In this document: positions 38,991-41,001 of the stretch, piece after piece | How the letters are laid out: every line of letters starts with the position of its first letter | Numbering within the stretch: position 1 is the first letter of the stretch | NCBI GenBank assembly: GCA_945867875.1 | Contig: CAMBJF010000001.1 | Coordinates: 1-41,001, forward strand | Direction: 5' to 3' | Source of the DNA: an uncultured Ruminococcus sp. | Lineage (GTDB): Bacteria > Bacillota > Clostridia > Oscillospirales > Ruminococcaceae | Length of the DNA: 41,001 nucleotides | The notes under the pieces: model-generated | Told to the model about the DNA's origin: nothing | Databases searched by the model: none | The model's input: only the letters and a program-made list of their open reading frames with translations | Made by a program: the position numbers and the translations under genes

Positions 38991-40001
38991 CTACCTCAAT
39001 TCTTTGTATATATTATCAATTTTAACAGCTTTTTTGTTGCCGACGATACCCAGCTTTCCGTCATACCAGACATTGCCGCCGATCTTCAGCTCAACATTTT
39101 TGGTAATTGGAACGTTCAGCGGAATGATATCGTCCACCTGAAGCGTAAGGATATCATAAAGGTCCACCTGAGTGTCACAGAGAACGGCTCTGACGTCAAT
39201 ATCGGAATCCTTAAGGGCGCTCATGATATTGCGCCGTCTTTCCTGATCCTTTTTGGGGTCCTGACGCTGTGTAGGACGTGCCCATCTGTCGCCGAACTTG
39301 TTCATAATCGACTCAAGGTTCATAGCGGGGATACAGAAAGACATAATGTTCTTGACGTCTTTTATCTCTATTTCAAGGGAAACGAGGATAATTACCTCGT
39401 CCGGTCCGATAGACTGCATAACACGGGAATTTGTCTCGATCGCCGTCATAACGGGGTCCATATCTATGTACTGAGACCAGGCACCCTTTAAGGACTGCGC
39501 CATTTTTTCCATAATGCCTTCCATAAGGGTTATCTCTATCTCGGTGAAGTCACGGTTTACCTCGGTGTATGTTCCGAGGCCGCCCATAAGCCTGTCGATA
39601 ATGGTAAAGGTGATGGGGTTCGATATCTGCATGATGCAGTTTGTCTCCATAACGTCCTCATCGTGAACGCCGAGGTTCACAAGAGACATCATAACATAAT
39701 CGGGAAGAGCATTGTTGAACTCGTAATACCGCTGTTCCTCGATCTGCATTACCTCCACCTTGCAGTAAAGTCTCATAAGACCTGTCAGGTAGGAGGAAAG
39801 AACACGGGAGTAGTTCTCGAAAATACTGTCTATGACCTTAAGCTGCTCTTTGGTGAATTTCTTTGGCGTTTTAAAGTCATAATTCTTTATTTTTTTCTTT
39901 TCAGCACCCTGTTCCTCAATCTCTTCAAAAGCCTTGGAGCCTTGGGTGTTAAAGCTGTTCAGCAGCTCGTCTATCTGTTTCTGAGACAGAACGTCAGCCA
40001 A
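38991..40001 (-). CDS. fliM: Flagellar motor switch protein FliM
   Basis: VLSQKQIDELL, YDFKTPKKF, IDRLMGG, IETN; start TTG 40001 after GAAGGTGA. Confidence 0.95.
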   Translation of the reverse strand: MADVLSQKQIDELLNSFNTQGSKAFEEIEEQGAEKKKIKNYDFKTPKKFTKEQLKVIDSIFENYSRVLSSYLTGLMRLYCKVEVMQIEEQRYYEFNNALPDYVMMSLVNLGVHDEDVMETNCIMQISNPITFTIIDRLMGGLGTYTEVNRDFTEIEITLMEGIMEKMAQSLKGAWSQYIDMDPVMTAIETNSRVMQSIGPDEVIILVSLEIEIKDVKNIMSFCIPAMNLESIMNKFGDRWARPTQRQDPKKDQERRRNIMSALKDSDIDVRAVLCDTQVDLYDILTLQVDDIIPLNVPITKNVELKIGGNVWYDGKLGIVGNKKAVKIDNIYKELR

Positions 40002-40044
40002 TATTTTCACCTTCATTCATAGGGGTATCGCCTGTATTTTGGGG

Positions 40045-40954
40045 TCATTCTCCGCTGTCCGCAGCAGTGACCTCGGGGGGATTGTTTTTCATTTCATTGA
40101 GACGGTCATTTTTGGAAGAATAGTTGCCGCCGTTCTGAACGGGGGCGGAAGATGTGACCGCAGCAGTTTCCTCGACAGTGTCATTCTTTGTGTTGCCGTC
40201 AGCATCGGAATAATCCACAAAGCTCTTGCCGAATTCAAGCTCGATAAGCTCCTGCATGACCTGAGGGTCGGTCATATCGATATCGTTTCTGATAAAGACT
40301 ATCTCAACACGTCTGTTCTGACGCTTGCCCTCTTCCGTGTCATTGTCGCTTACGGGGTGATATTTGCCGTAGCCCGCAGCGGAGAACTTGTCAGGCTCGC
40401 AGCAGTCAAGGCTCAGCATATAGTTGATGACCGAGCTTGCACGTCCCGAGGAAAGCTCCCATTCGTTAGCCGATGAGCTTGTGCTCTGAGCGGTGTGACC
40501 GTTTACCTTAATGGCAAAAACGTGCTTGTCAACGGCTCTGATGCCGTCGCAGATTATTTCAAGGATATATTTTCCCTCGTCAAGGAGCTCGTAGGAGTCA
40601 CCTGCGAAGAAAACATTATCTCTGAATTTCATATAAACGCCTGTGTCCGCCATTTCAACGGATACCTGGTCCTGAAGTCCCGCACTTTCAACGGCTTCGT
40701 TCAGATACATATAAAATTCATCAAAATCGATCTCGTTGGAATTTTGTTCCTGATCCTCATTTACATAAATGGCTGAGGGGTCGTTTTCGGTGTTTGGCTC
40801 CTTGTCCACAACAACGTTGATTATCTCGCCCTTGCCTGCGGAAAACGCCTGAGCGATATACTGCCATTTAGACTCGTCCATAGAGGACATTGAATAAAGC
40901 AGCACGAAGAAGCAAAGCAGCAGCGTAACCAGGTCACCATAGGTGTCCATCCAG
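40045..40954 (-). CDS. motB: Flagellar stator protein MotB (5'-truncated)
   Basis: WMDTYGDLVTLLLCFFVLLYSMS TM, OmpA-like GHT, WELS..RA, NRRVEI; the N-terminus is replaced by adapter sequence. Confidence 0.93.
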
Positions 40955-41001
40955 CTGTCTCTTATACACATCTGACGCTGCCGACGATATGCAGTGTGTA
41001 G
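40955..41001 (+). other. Illumina Nextera adapter read-through (artefact)
   Basis: CTGTCTCTTATACACATCT (Tn5 mosaic end) + GACGCTGCCGACGA + 8-nt index TATGCAGT + GTGTAG (start of the P5 complement). Confidence 0.98.

Noticed and set aside
40955-40973. Tn5/IS50 mosaic end as evidence of a transposon
   Set aside because: It continues into Illumina adapter and index sequence and no transposase is present; library artefact.

Overview
Chromosomal segment from a spore-forming, flagellated clostridial Bacillota; Ruminococcaceae/Oscillospiraceae is inferred from gene content (spoIIR, fliY/cheC/cheD, CIRCE-controlled groESL). From left to right: a minus-strand housekeeping run (recD2-comF-pdxK-trmL-degV ending in a fused Wzz/BY-kinase), CCA-adding enzyme, nrdR, a plus-strand run (VanY-like peptidase, fucose-isomerase-like gene, an unannotated 48-aa membrane protein, a hypothetical gene, maf), spoIIR, a Cys-rich hypothetical gene, a P-type Ca2+ ATPase, a divergent acyl-CoA ligase / Na+:solute symporter pair, a GNAT, a DEAD-box helicase, a stand-alone 88-aa NrdD glycyl-radical-domain protein with two NrdR boxes, tandem near-identical hsp20 genes, groES-groEL, DUF554, and the 3' part of a flagellar/chemotaxis operon (motB to cheD). 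The last 47 nt are Illumina Nextera adapter, not genome. No CRISPR, rRNA, tRNA or mobile element was seen. The best candidate for a poorly described system is the NrdR-regulated free glycyl-radical module, a possible GrcA-like spare part or split subunit for class III ribonucleotide reductase. Next are the duplicated internal CheY-binding motifs in FliY and the overlapping double-CIRCE operators.
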